A DNA stretch of 64,000 nucleotides from the IMG/VR virus record IMGVR_UViG_3300045044_000056, positions 11,262-75,261 of that record. One strand, written 5' to 3'. Below the pieces are notes generated by a model. That model ran no database searches. It was not told the DNA's origin and worked only from the letters and a program-made list of their open reading frames with translations. Positions 53,972 to 63,655 of the stretch are shown here, piece after piece (position 1 is the stretch's first letter; each line of letters begins with the position of its first letter). The DNA is from a virus. The translations under genes and the position numbers were made by a program.

Positions 53972-56527
53972 TTAAGCGCCGAATGCGATGCGCTGGGTGA
54001 CTACGAAGTTGTCGCCGGTGCCGTCGGTGGTGCCGTCCAGTTCGACCTGATAAGACGACTGGCCGACGACGTTGAAGGTCCAACTGAACAGATATGTGAC
54101 GCCATCCGGCTGTAGCACTGGAGCCGCAGTGACATCCGCGGTCTTATGGGTCGCGCCGTAGTGCAACGTGCACACCAGCGTATGATGCGAGGCGTTCCAG
54201 CTGTGCACCAGCGCGATCACCTTCATGCCTACGGTGGTAGCGCCGCCGCGTGCGATGACGGTCGAGATATGATGGTAGCTGTTGGACGTCGGGCCGGTCA
54301 GCTTGACCTGGCTGTTGGTTAGGCTGACGCCCGGCATCACGTCGGTAGTGCCGGTAAAGATCACTTCAAACGGCAACACCGCCGGATTGCTGGCCAGCGT
54401 CGGATTGTCCGGGTCACAGGCAAACGGCATCCAGGCGCCGGCAACCTGTACTGCATAACTCAAGTCGGTGGCAGGCGGGATGATGTGTTCGGCCAGAACG
54501 TCGATAGCGGTAATGCCACCAGCGAGCTGCAGCGGTGCCAATGCGATGGGGAACCGCAACTGCCCGCCAGACGTGCCTGTCGGCGCATCACCGCGGACGC
54601 CACTTGGGAGCATTGGGCTGCCCCACTGGCCCCACACCAAATAGTGCAGCATAAACCGCAGCGTCTTCGGGCTGGCCGCCACCCGGAACCAGCGCGAGCC
54701 GTCGTAATCCCAGCAATCACCCTGGTGCACGCTGTAGCAAGTGTAATCCACCGAGCACGCAAACTGGTGGTCATAAGTCGAGATCAGATGGAACGAATAA
54801 CGCTTGCCAGCCTCCAAGAACACGGGCGTAAACGTGAGCCGCACCGGGTAGGCATAGACCGGAATGTTCGTGTAGACCGTCTCGAATTCCGTGTGCGTTC
54901 CGGTGATGACGGCTTGATACACGCCCTGCACGTAAGTGTTAGTCCAAGTAGGCGATTGCTGAAGAATCGTCTGCGAACTAACAATGTCACCGACCAGGAT
55001 CGGGGCCGAATAACAAGTCTGGATCGAACTGGCGTCGAGGTCGAGCCGCGCGATGCACTGTTGGTGGTCCGGCACGCCTTGCTGGTCGCAGCGAAAGATC
55101 AGCAGCGTCAGCGGCTGAAAGTAGTTCGGCACCATGCTGAACACTGTGAGGCCGCCGAGCCATCCGTCTTGTGCGTTCAAGAATGACTGGCCGAAGTGGT
55201 TAGCGCTATAGCTCAGGTTGACGATGACTTTGCTCCAATAATAGACATCGACATCGTCGAACCAGAAATACTTCTCGCGCACCGATACGTAGCGTGGCCA
55301 GTCCCAGTTATCATCTGGATAGTTGACAACTGTCGTGTTGACCACTGCGACCCAGGTGTCGCCGACGTCGAACCGCAGGTTGATGTAGATCGGATCAGTG
55401 GTGCCGGTCACCTTCAACACTGTGGTCAGCGGCCCTGGTAGATACTGAATGCCACACCGATGGCGCGTGCGTGCCCAGTTCAATTTGCGCGGACTGAACA
55501 CCCAATAAGGATGCGACAAGACGCGCTCGGCCACCCAGTCGAGCGTCGGGAACGAACAATCCATGCGGACACGCATGCCCGACGGCTTCGGCAGCACGAA
55601 TGTATCCCACGCCTGGATCAGCGGCTCGGTCAGGTTCAGTAACGCTAGCTTGCCAGTCCAACCGGCGCTCGATGCTTGAAACCGCAAGCCCTCGTGGACA
55701 AACCCGCTATAGAGACCATCGACGTTAGTGCCCACCGCCGAATAGGTCGTGTCCAGGAAGTTGTCAGTGTTGTCCATCACGTACGAGGCTGGGCGGTTGA
55801 TTAGCTGCCAAATCTGATTGACCAGATCGACCAGTTTCTGAAACTTGTCCCAAGTCACGAAGTTCGCCAGCATAGCGGCCAATGCCGCCAGCGATGACTG
55901 CAACGTAGCAATTTGCCCGTTGACAATTGACTGCCACGCGAGGAGCGCTTGGATTTGGGCTTCAACGGAAGTTAAGTTAGCCAGTTGCGTAGCAGTGACT
56001 TGCTGGATCGACACCACGCCTGATGGGTTCAACAGCACATAGGCGACCAGCAAGTTGGTCGCGGACACTGGCGGAAACGACGGACTGGGCGCTTCGACAC
56101 CGTTGACCGAGCCGACGTTGCAGACGCGGATCTCGGTCATTGCCACGCTCTCGGGCTGCGCCTGCCCGGTGTCGGCATCGACCACAAAATTACGTGGCTG
56201 CACATCGGTCTGGACCGTAGTGCCCCAGGCCACGATGGCGATCTGCCGTTGCTGCGTCACCGGCATGGCACCCGCGATGGTCTGGAAGTCAATGGTGACC
56301 GGGTCTTCCAGAATATAGACCGCCCCACCCCAGTACAGGCGGCCGGGCGCGATAGTCACTTGCGTCGCCGCTGCCTTGCTGACAGTAAGGCCAGTGTAAG
56401 CGTTGCCGGCGTCGATGGCATCTACAACAATGTCGTCAATGGATTTTCCAATCCAATCCTGCATGTTGTTGAAGTCGCCAGCTTGGGTTTCCATATTGTC
56501 CTCAAAGAGGACATCTTTTTCAGCCAT
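53972..56527 (-). CDS. Baseplate/fibre-attachment protein (851 aa)
   Basis: Follows the gpI-like gene; N-terminal E..V.F...ME.QAGDFNNMQ; central coiled coil. Confidence 0.65.
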   Translation of the reverse strand: MAEKDVLFEDNMETQAGDFNNMQDWIGKSIDDIVVDAIDAGNAYTGLTVSKAAATQVTIAPGRLYWGGAVYILEDPVTIDFQTIAGAMPVTQQRQIAIVAWGTTVQTDVQPRNFVVDADTGQAQPESVAMTEIRVCNVGSVNGVEAPSPSFPPVSATNLLVAYVLLNPSGVVSIQQVTATQLANLTSVEAQIQALLAWQSIVNGQIATLQSSLAALAAMLANFVTWDKFQKLVDLVNQIWQLINRPASYVMDNTDNFLDTTYSAVGTNVDGLYSGFVHEGLRFQASSAGWTGKLALLNLTEPLIQAWDTFVLPKPSGMRVRMDCSFPTLDWVAERVLSHPYWVFSPRKLNWARTRHRCGIQYLPGPLTTVLKVTGTTDPIYINLRFDVGDTWVAVVNTTVVNYPDDNWDWPRYVSVREKYFWFDDVDVYYWSKVIVNLSYSANHFGQSFLNAQDGWLGGLTVFSMVPNYFQPLTLLIFRCDQQGVPDHQQCIARLDLDASSIQTCYSAPILVGDIVSSQTILQQSPTWTNTYVQGVYQAVITGTHTEFETVYTNIPVYAYPVRLTFTPVFLEAGKRYSFHLISTYDHQFACSVDYTCYSVHQGDCWDYDGSRWFRVAASPKTLRFMLHYLVWGQWGSPMLPSGVRGDAPTGTSGGQLRFPIALAPLQLAGGITAIDVLAEHIIPPATDLSYAVQVAGAWMPFACDPDNPTLASNPAVLPFEVIFTGTTDVMPGVSLTNSQVKLTGPTSNSYHHISTVIARGGATTVGMKVIALVHSWNASHHTLVCTLHYGATHKTADVTAAPVLQPDGVTYLFSWTFNVVGQSSYQVELDGTTDGTGDNFVVTQRIAFGA

Positions 56528-56536
56528 CGCTAGCTC

Positions 56537-58468
56537 CTAACTGATGTCGGTGAGGTACTGGCCGATCTTGAACCGACCATCTAAGACGGTGATGTCGCGC
56601 AGCTGGATGATGCGCTTGACCCGCGTGTTGATCAGCACGGTGTCGCGCGCTGCCATTGAAGCGGTCACCGCACGCCGCAGCTTGTCGATCAATTTTGTAT
56701 TGCGCGGCGGAAAGTAACGGCCCGAACCGAAGTAGTAATTGGCGCGCGCATAAAATCGCGGCCAGACGAAGGTGGCCTGAATTTTGGCCTCGGCGGTGTA
56801 CTTGGGAATGCCGAACCGCGACCGCCCCATGTAGACGTAGGCCTTGCGATAATCGGGCAGCCGGGTCGCATCAAACAGGTACCAACGCTCATACAGATAC
56901 ATCCAGGCGTTTGACTTGGTCAGGTAGGCGTAGTGCATCGGGGTATTGCAGTAGAACTCGAAAATACGGCGCGGATGCTTGACGTAGACATGTTCCGGCC
57001 GCACCTGGAGCGGCTCCAGCCCCGGCTTGATGGTTTGGAAGATCGCCTGAAACTGCGTGATGTCGAGCGAGCCGTCGCGCGGAATGCGCACCAGCCGCTC
57101 ATTGGTATAGGGTATCCGGCCCAGGATCACCGCATGCTTGCGCGTTTTGTTGAGCGCATAACCCTGCGGCAGCAGATATTGCTTATTGCCAGCGCCCGGA
57201 TAGTAGATGTTGCCGCTGATTGCGGGCAGCATCACCTCGTCATAGTAGGTCGGTTTTTGGCGTCCGGCCAGAACGCCGTATACCCGCCGCACCGTACACT
57301 CGGTCTCGACCCCGGTGCGCGGTTCATACACCGTGCAGCGGCGCAGGTACTTGCCGCCAGCGTTGTAGTTGGTCGGATAGAACTTCCACAGCGGCCCGAA
57401 GAAGTGTCCATTGTGCACGAACTTCTTTCGACCGGCGCCGCCGCGCACCAACTGGAACCCGCCCAGGTAATTCAGCCACGGCAGCTGCGGGCGTGGCGCG
57501 TACGGATAGATGCGCAGCTGCGGAAACCGCGCGACGTACGCCTTGCGCTCGGCGTCAGTCAATGCTGGCCCCGGCATGAACTGCGCTGGTGGTGAGGTGA
57601 CCTTGACGGTCTTAGCGGTAAAGCCGGGCGACGCGTTGATGGTGTTGACGAAGTCGATCAGTCCGAGACGGCTGCCGCGCTCGTATTTGAACCGCCACTG
57701 ATTAGCAGTGAACCAGCGGCGGAACTCGGTCGGCCAGTCGTCCTCCCACAGATTGACTCCCATCGCCCACGCCAAGAAGGGCAGGTTCTCTGTGTAGATG
57801 CGCCATGGGTCCCACTGGTCTTTGACCAGCTCGGCGTAAGTCTGCGTCAGCCGGAAAGCATCAACATCGGCCAGCGCCTTTTCCAACCCGGCGGCGTTGC
57901 GGTACAACACCGCCGAACCGGCATCCTCGATGATGCCTGGCCACATGAAGTCGGCCTGCAGCCAGGTCGTGCCGACCGTCAGTGACGTCTCGCCGGTCCA
58001 ACTCGCTGCCAACTCCATGAAGTTGATCAGGTTGGGCCGGACCATATGGCCGCGACCGTCCCAGGCGCCGTAGGGCGAACCGGTGTCGGGGTTGATGAAC
58101 CCGCCTGGGAACACCGCGCTGATCATGTTGCGGTCGAGCCACAACATGGCAGCCTGCGCCGCGACCCCGCTCAAGCTGGCGGCGATCTGCCAGCTCTTGC
58201 CTGCGATGGCGGTAAGGCCACCGGTACCGCTCAACCTGGTGTTGGCGAACGCCGAGCGCTGGATCTGGCTGATGGTCGTGACAAAGATGCCGCCGCCCGC
58301 GCCGGCAAACACCGTCCCGGCAAACGCCGAGCGCTGGATTTGGCGCAGCGGCACGGCGACCACGCCATTGCCTGCGAACGCCGCCGCGATCACCGCCTTA
58401 GTTCCAGGCAACGTTGCCTGTAGCGCACCGCTGCCGTCAAACTCCGCGCCGATGATGAAGGTCGTCAC
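56537..58468 (-). CDS. Phage tail protein I (P2 gpI-like) with N-terminal AGxG repeats and long C-terminal extension
   Basis: WDPW...ENLPFLAWAMGVNLWEDDWP...YERGSRLGL. Confidence 0.8.
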   Translation of the reverse strand: MTTFIIGAEFDGSGALQATLPGTKAVIAAAFAGNGVVAVPLRQIQRSAFAGTVFAGAGGGIFVTTISQIQRSAFANTRLSGTGGLTAIAGKSWQIAASLSGVAAQAAMLWLDRNMISAVFPGGFINPDTGSPYGAWDGRGHMVRPNLINFMELAASWTGETSLTVGTTWLQADFMWPGIIEDAGSAVLYRNAAGLEKALADVDAFRLTQTYAELVKDQWDPWRIYTENLPFLAWAMGVNLWEDDWPTEFRRWFTANQWRFKYERGSRLGLIDFVNTINASPGFTAKTVKVTSPPAQFMPGPALTDAERKAYVARFPQLRIYPYAPRPQLPWLNYLGGFQLVRGGAGRKKFVHNGHFFGPLWKFYPTNYNAGGKYLRRCTVYEPRTGVETECTVRRVYGVLAGRQKPTYYDEVMLPAISGNIYYPGAGNKQYLLPQGYALNKTRKHAVILGRIPYTNERLVRIPRDGSLDITQFQAIFQTIKPGLEPLQVRPEHVYVKHPRRIFEFYCNTPMHYAYLTKSNAWMYLYERWYLFDATRLPDYRKAYVYMGRSRFGIPKYTAEAKIQATFVWPRFYARANYYFGSGRYFPPRNTKLIDKLRRAVTASMAARDTVLINTRVKRIIQLRDITVLDGRFKIGQYLTDIS

Positions 58469-59535
58469 TCAGCGACGCCCATGTAGGTTATCTTGGACGA
58501 CATCACGTTGACGCAACCGCTATTGTCGACCGTGATGTCAGTAGTGGGCGAGATGATCTGCGTGTTGTAGACGCCGGTCTGTTCCGCGAACGCCCCCTCC
58601 AGACTCATCATGGTGAGATCAGAACCCAGCCAGCGCAGCGCCGCCACCAACACGTTGACCGTCTGCATCACCGCCAGCATGGTGCTGTCCTTATCAACAC
58701 CAGGGAACAGCCACACCTTGGCTTCGATTTTGGTGTTGATCACCTTGGGTGCGATGACATTGATGACATCGGTCAGGCCTTTGCGCGCAGTATTAGGCTC
58801 GTTGATGTACTGCCACACCGCCGCGATCTGTTCCTTGGAAGGCTGCGGATTGCCGTTGAAGATGGTCGTGTAAACTGTCCTGGTGACTGGATCGAGCGTA
58901 CTAACTGGGTTGAACACATCCGACATGATCGGAATGTAAACGTTGCCGGTGCCTGCTTTGGTGAAGCAGCTGGCATCGCGCAGCGACGGCTGGCCAGCGA
59001 ACTGCGGCGCCGACATCGCCCAGAATTTGTAGCTCTCGTAAGTGCCCTGGCCAGGCCCAGCCAGCGACAGGATGCTGGGACTAAGCCAAATGCGCTGCCG
59101 ATAGGCAGCATCGGTCTCCGGCACCGTAACCGTGGTCTGCGCCCCCGTTGCCGGGTCAGTCGTCACCACGGTGGTCTGCAGTCGCGGTACGCCATATGGA
59201 TAACGGCTGGCAATGGCGTCGAGATCACTGCCGACCGCAAACGCCAAGGTGATGGCGCGCGCTGCCTGGTTGACGCGATCGCGCACCAGCATTTCAAAGA
59301 ACGTGTTGAGTTCCTGGTTGATCTTGATCGGATCAAATTCCAGGTTCTGAACATCGTACTGCGCGGCGTTCGGCGGGTCGTACTTGTTCCAGATGATCAG
59401 CAGCTGCTGCATCCGCCGCGTCAGGATATCCTCGGTGCCGATCGGCTCCAGCACCCGCATGGTCGGCAGTAGGTCCGGCCGGATGACCGAGAACCGGCTG
59501 GGCGTCGTGGTGACGAGATTGAGCGGCAGCGCCAT
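58465..59535 (-). CDS. Baseplate J-like protein
   Basis: RDRVNQAARA..LAFAVGSDLDAIA, ETDAAYRQRI, AGP..Y..Y.FWA. Confidence 0.9.
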   Translation of the reverse strand: MALPLNLVTTTPSRFSVIRPDLLPTMRVLEPIGTEDILTRRMQQLLIIWNKYDPPNAAQYDVQNLEFDPIKINQELNTFFEMLVRDRVNQAARAITLAFAVGSDLDAIASRYPYGVPRLQTTVVTTDPATGAQTTVTVPETDAAYRQRIWLSPSILSLAGPGQGTYESYKFWAMSAPQFAGQPSLRDASCFTKAGTGNVYIPIMSDVFNPVSTLDPVTRTVYTTIFNGNPQPSKEQIAAVWQYINEPNTARKGLTDVINVIAPKVINTKIEAKVWLFPGVDKDSTMLAVMQTVNVLVAALRWLGSDLTMMSLEGAFAEQTGVYNTQIISPTTDITVDNSGCVNVMSSKITYMGVAE

Positions 59536-60098
59536 CAGATGTTACCCACCGGAATGATGTCCCACAGACCACTGCCCTGGCCGACGGCACCGAAGTAGCG
59601 CAGCTCCAGCGGGGTGAAGTCGCCCAGATGGGCACGCGGCCGATAGACACCTTCGTTGCGGAAGATCACCTGGCCCTGGCGGACCAGCGTATTGACCGGG
59701 TCATCCACCTTGGGCACCCAGGTGTTGTTGAGCGCCGCACCCATGAAGTAGATCTGTTTGATGCGGTAGTTGGGCTCCCACAGTTCCAGCGCCTCGGCGA
59801 TTGCCCACCAGAACCGAGTGATGATGCGCGGCACGATGCTCTCGCCAAGCATGCGCGGGATGAACGAACCGACCCAACGCCGCAGCACGCGCTCGTGATA
59901 GGAAGTCTCGAAAATGATCTCCATCGACTGTTCAACGTGCGCCCAGCCCTGCAGCAGCTTGCCGGTGCGACGGTCCATGCCGTTGCGCGGCGGCGACACG
60001 AACGCGCGCTGTCGCCACAGGTCTGGCCAGACTGCATTGACCTGGTTGAAGAACTGGTTCTGGGCGTAGATGTCATCCAGAACCTTGATGGTGGTCAC
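59535..60098 (-). CDS. Baseplate wedge GPW/gp25-like protein
   Basis: GMDRRTGK...AHVEQS...T...ERVLRR.VGS.IP...ALELWEPNYRI; GTG start overlapping the upstream stop. Confidence 0.85.
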   Translation of the reverse strand: MTTIKVLDDIYAQNQFFNQVNAVWPDLWRQRAFVSPPRNGMDRRTGKLLQGWAHVEQSMEIIFETSYHERVLRRWVGSFIPRMLGESIVPRIITRFWWAIAEALELWEPNYRIKQIYFMGAALNNTWVPKVDDPVNTLVRQGQVIFRNEGVYRPRAHLGDFTPLELRYFGAVGQGSGLWDIIPVGNI

Positions 60099-60340
60099 GG
60101 CGTCGGCGCCTCTTCCGGCGTCTCCAGCTCGATCACGCCCTGGTCGAGCCAATACTTGGCCTGCGCGTCGAGCAGCCGGATGCAGTGCTTGCCGCCCTGG
60201 AAGAAGGTCTTGACGCCGCCGATGCCGCCCTGCCCGTCAGGCGTGAATGCGGTATCGTTGATGACGTAAACCTTCGGCACCTCCGGCGTAGGCGTCGCCT
60301 CCTTGGCCTGCCGTTTGGCTTCCCACGGGGATACTGGCAT
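60095..60340 (-). CDS. Hypothetical protein
   Basis: GGAG SD; in operon order. Confidence 0.6.
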   Translation of the reverse strand: MPVSPWEAKRQAKEATPTPEVPKVYVINDTAFTPDGQGGIGGVKTFFQGGKHCIRLLDAQAKYWLDQGVIELETPEEAPTP

Positions 60341-60349
60341 GGTGGTCTC

Positions 60350-61174
60350 CTACTTGTTGTCCAACGGAATGCTGCACTTCTTGATCTGGATCGGCTTGGT
60401 CGACCAACAGCCGCTCTTATCGACGAAGATGGTGTTCTGGCCCTCCTTGCCGTGCATGATCAGCGCACCCTCCTTATGGGTGGCGCTACGAACGTCCTCG
60501 CCGACGCGATGGGTGATGTAGCCCTTCTCGCTGACCCGGCTCTTCATCGCGGCTTTCGCCTGCTTCTGCTGTTGTTGGCCGCCCTGCTGCTGCTTGCCCA
60601 TCGAGCTGAGGCCGCTGAAGCCGCCAGCGCCAAAGCCACCCGATTGCTGTTCCAGCGCACCGGACTGATCCTTGTGCTGCTGTTGCTGCTGCGCCTCCTC
60701 AAGGATGAAGATCTCGCCGTAGTCGCCGCCTGACTGGCCACCACCACCGCCGCCGCCTCCACCGCCTCCACCGCCTTGACCACCACCGCCCTGCTGACCG
60801 CCGTCCTTGTGCATCGCCGACGCGGCTTTGCCGGTCTGGGTGCTGTGACCATTCACCTGGTTCGCGTGATCGGGCGCTGGATGCGACTGGCTCTCAGCCC
60901 AGTGGCTGACAGTAGCGTTGCGGAACGAGCCGCCGATGCTGGAGATGACGACGTTTTGACCTTTCTCGTACAAGTGACGCTCGCGGTTGCCGCCGCGCTG
61001 ATCGCCGGTGGCGAGCCACGGACTCAGCAGCTCGCTGCCGTCGTTCTTGATGCCCATCACGCAGCGGATGCGGTCGCCCTTCACCTCTTTGACGTAGCCG
61101 AACCGCTGACCGTTGCCCGCCTGCCGCTTGGTTTCGGCGAGCTGGTAGAACATCAGATCCCATCGATTGAACAT
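60350..61174 (-). CDS. Baseplate assembly protein V / spike-like with a Gly/Gln low-complexity insert
   Basis: RFGYVKEV...LSPWLA...RH.YEKGQNVVI OB-like N-terminus; start at 61174 from the TGATG overlap. Confidence 0.75.
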   Translation of the reverse strand: MFNRWDLMFYQLAETKRQAGNGQRFGYVKEVKGDRIRCVMGIKNDGSELLSPWLATGDQRGGNRERHLYEKGQNVVISSIGGSFRNATVSHWAESQSHPAPDHANQVNGHSTQTGKAASAMHKDGGQQGGGGQGGGGGGGGGGGGGQSGGDYGEIFILEEAQQQQQHKDQSGALEQQSGGFGAGGFSGLSSMGKQQQGGQQQQKQAKAAMKSRVSEKGYITHRVGEDVRSATHKEGALIMHGKEGQNTIFVDKSGCWSTKPIQIKKCSIPLDNK

Positions 61175-61815
61175 CAGGGCACCGCCTTTAGGACTGCGCC
61201 CAGCTCCTCGGCGACGGCTTCGCCGAGTTGGCGCATGGTGAGTACAGTTGGTGGATGCGCCGGCCGATCCGGGAACTCGACCCGCAGCCGACGGGTCGCA
61301 TTCCAAGGCTGCGTCACGCACCGGCAGTTGGGGTGGATCAGATTGGTCCGCTCGCCCACTACCGGATGCGGCGGCGTATAGTTGGCCCACTTGGCCGCCA
61401 GCGCATTGATGTCAGCCACGGTGTAAGGACTGTTCTCCGCCGCCTGTTCGCAGATTGGACAGACCGTGTCGTCCCCGCTGGTGACGATGTTGAGCAGCTG
61501 ATTGGTGTTGAAGGTATTGTCACCCGGGCTTTCCCATGGCCGCTGCCAGTTGGGCGACGGGTTCAAGGTGATGGCGCTGGCGTCCATCGACCATTCCAGG
61601 TTGGACGGCGTCGCCCGATGCACCGTGATCATCGGCTCGATGTCATTGGTCGCCAGCCCGGTACTGTCCGACAGATACTCGACCGAGGTGCGCAACACAT
61701 TGTCGCCGACGGTGTTGAGCGCGCGCGCGAGAGCAGCCGGCGTCTTCCGCGGCACCGTCTCCATAAACCGCCCCCACTTCAGCAGGTCTTCGAAATCGAT
61801 ATTAACGTTGATCAC
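61174..61815 (-). CDS. Minor tail protein Z-like N-terminus plus MuF-like CxxC...HPNCRC motif
   Basis: ALARALNTVG; DDTVCPICE...HPNCRC. Confidence 0.55.
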   Translation of the reverse strand: MINVNIDFEDLLKWGRFMETVPRKTPAALARALNTVGDNVLRTSVEYLSDSTGLATNDIEPMITVHRATPSNLEWSMDASAITLNPSPNWQRPWESPGDNTFNTNQLLNIVTSGDDTVCPICEQAAENSPYTVADINALAAKWANYTPPHPVVGERTNLIHPNCRCVTQPWNATRRLRVEFPDRPAHPPTVLTMRQLGEAVAEELGAVLKAVP

Positions 61816-62666
61816 GGCGGCTCAGTCAGCGGCAGCCATGGTTGCTCTTCGTTGTCGTCGTCCGGCGTCTCGAGTTCGGTCAGCGGCGGCACGTATTCGT
61901 TGAGGTCGGTGTAGTCGAGCGGCGCCTCTTCCTGCTCCGGCCACGGCAGCGGCGTGCCATCCGGCACCAGATGCTTCACCGCCTCGGTATCCAGACCGAG
62001 ATACGCTTGCGCCTGTCGCCAGGTCGGCGCGTTGATGTTGGTCAGCAGGGGCTGAATGATATCGGCGGTGTCTTTCACGTGCATGTATGGATTGGAGTTG
62101 GCCAGGGCGATGAACTGCATGATCGGATGCTTCGGCTCCAGCACGGTGCCGGGTATGGCGTCGAAGATGGTTGACATCACGATGATGATGCGGCGCGCCG
62201 CGAACTTGACACCGGCGCCTGACTGGCCGCCGCGCACCGTCAGGATGCGATGCACCTTGCGTGCCATTTGCTTGAACAGGTTGCCCCATGGGCTGCGCGG
62301 GTCACCGACGAGCGCCGCCAATGCCTGCGCCGAAATGATGTCGCAGGAAAGTTCCATGCCTTCGTCGGTGGCGGCGATTTGCAGCGTCAGCTTGCCAGTC
62401 GGGTCGCGCACCGCGCTCGCCACGCCGATCTCCAGCACGAGCTGCAGCAGCCGGGTCTGCCCGTTGTACAGCTCAGCCTTACCGGTGACCGGCGTGATGT
62501 CGTCGCGGTCGGTGTAGACCAGGATGTACGGTCGGGCCCGGCCTCCGCCGTAGACCGCGGTGGCGATCGGCGTCATGTCGCTGTCCGACACGCGGTCCTG
62601 CGCCCAGGTCTGGTCGCGCAGCGCGCCGACCGCAGTCGCCCTAATGACCGTTCTTAGGAGGCTCAT
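61812..62666 (-). CDS. Tail completion/terminator-region protein
   Basis: Position after the head closure gene; PYILVYTDRD...L.L.LEIGVA. Confidence 0.55.
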   Translation of the reverse strand: MSLLRTVIRATAVGALRDQTWAQDRVSDSDMTPIATAVYGGGRARPYILVYTDRDDITPVTGKAELYNGQTRLLQLVLEIGVASAVRDPTGKLTLQIAATDEGMELSCDIISAQALAALVGDPRSPWGNLFKQMARKVHRILTVRGGQSGAGVKFAARRIIIVMSTIFDAIPGTVLEPKHPIMQFIALANSNPYMHVKDTADIIQPLLTNINAPTWRQAQAYLGLDTEAVKHLVPDGTPLPWPEQEEAPLDYTDLNEYVPPLTELETPDDDNEEQPWLPLTEPP

Positions 62667-62820
62667 ACTCGCCCAGGCGCTCTAGGGCGCGCAGTAGCTG
62701 CCGCGCGAGCACTGCCATGTCTTCGTCAGGATCGAGATTGTCCAACGCATGGTTGGCCAGCTCGATCGCGTATTCCTTTTCCGGCGCGTCGTTGCGTAAC
62801 GGCTCGATGGCAATGGTCAT
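62641..62820 (-). CDS. Hypothetical protein (59 aa)
   Basis: ATGA overlap at 62817-62820. Confidence 0.5.
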   Translation of the reverse strand: MTIAIEPLRNDAPEKEYAIELANHALDNLDPDEDMAVLARQLLRALERLGEYEPPKNGH

Positions 62821-63230
62821 TCTTCCTGCACCCGCGTCAGGTTGACGTTGAAACGGCCAGTCGCCGACGGCGTGATCGAGTTGATGTTGTGCCAGGTGCC
62901 GCGTTCCGGCAGATAAACCCGATCGTTGGGCTGCCAGTTTGCTGGGTTGCCGAGCTGGTCCTCGGTGATGCTCACCCACTCGGCCGCAGTGAGCACCGGG
63001 CCGCCGACGTTGCTGCGCCCGATGGCGATGGTGCCCGCTTCACCAGTGGCCGCAGCGCCAGGCATCACATAGACGCCGATGCAATAGAGCACAGCGCGGC
63101 TCGGATCGACTTGCGGCCCGCCGACCGATGTATCCTCAGCGCCCATCATCGGGTGCAGTTCGATCGGTTCGGCAAAGTAGGCGTCAACGGCAGCATCAAC
63201 CTGGCGCTCGAAATTGCGCCAGATACTCAT
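62817..63230 (-). CDS. Head-tail joining (head closure) protein
   Basis: VDAAVDAYFAEPI...D.SR...G.Y...DRV...W.I..I.P...GR..V.L. Confidence 0.65.
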   Translation of the reverse strand: MSIWRNFERQVDAAVDAYFAEPIELHPMMGAEDTSVGGPQVDPSRAVLYCIGVYVMPGAAATGEAGTIAIGRSNVGGPVLTAAEWVSITEDQLGNPANWQPNDRVYLPERGTWHNINSITPSATGRFNVNLTRVQEE

Positions 63231-63652
63231 ACGACGGCCACCGCCGGGAACGTCCGGTCGCGCAGCAGCTGATACTGTAGGCCAAAATAGGTCAGGCTCA
63301 GTGCAGCGTTGCCCGCGCTCGTGCCGGCCGCGATTTGCTCAAACAGTCGTCGCTGTTCGAATGATACGGTGCGCTCGCCAAATCGGATTTCACGCATGAA
63401 TAAATCTCCGGTCGGTGTCACCATCGTTGACAATCCACCGGGTAATGATGGCGCCCCTCCCGTCATGCGCCGAACAATCAATTCATTGGCGACCCAGAGG
63501 AAGCGGGCCTTGGCGTAGACGGTCGCGTCCCAGCCGCTTGGATCAGTAAACACATCAGCCAATGCAAAGACGCCTGCAATATCCGCATCAGGAAAGCCGG
63601 CGAACACAGGGAACTGCGCCTTGAAGGCAACGATGTCTTGTGAGGTCGCCAT
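63227..63652 (-). CDS. DUF4054-like head-tail adaptor
   Basis: FKAQFPVF...DADI...LWVANEL...LSLTYFGLQYQLLR. Confidence 0.75.
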   Translation of the reverse strand: MATSQDIVAFKAQFPVFAGFPDADIAGVFALADVFTDPSGWDATVYAKARFLWVANELIVRRMTGGAPSLPGGLSTMVTPTGDLFMREIRFGERTVSFEQRRLFEQIAAGTSAGNAALSLTYFGLQYQLLRDRTFPAVAVV

Positions 63653-63655
63653 GGC

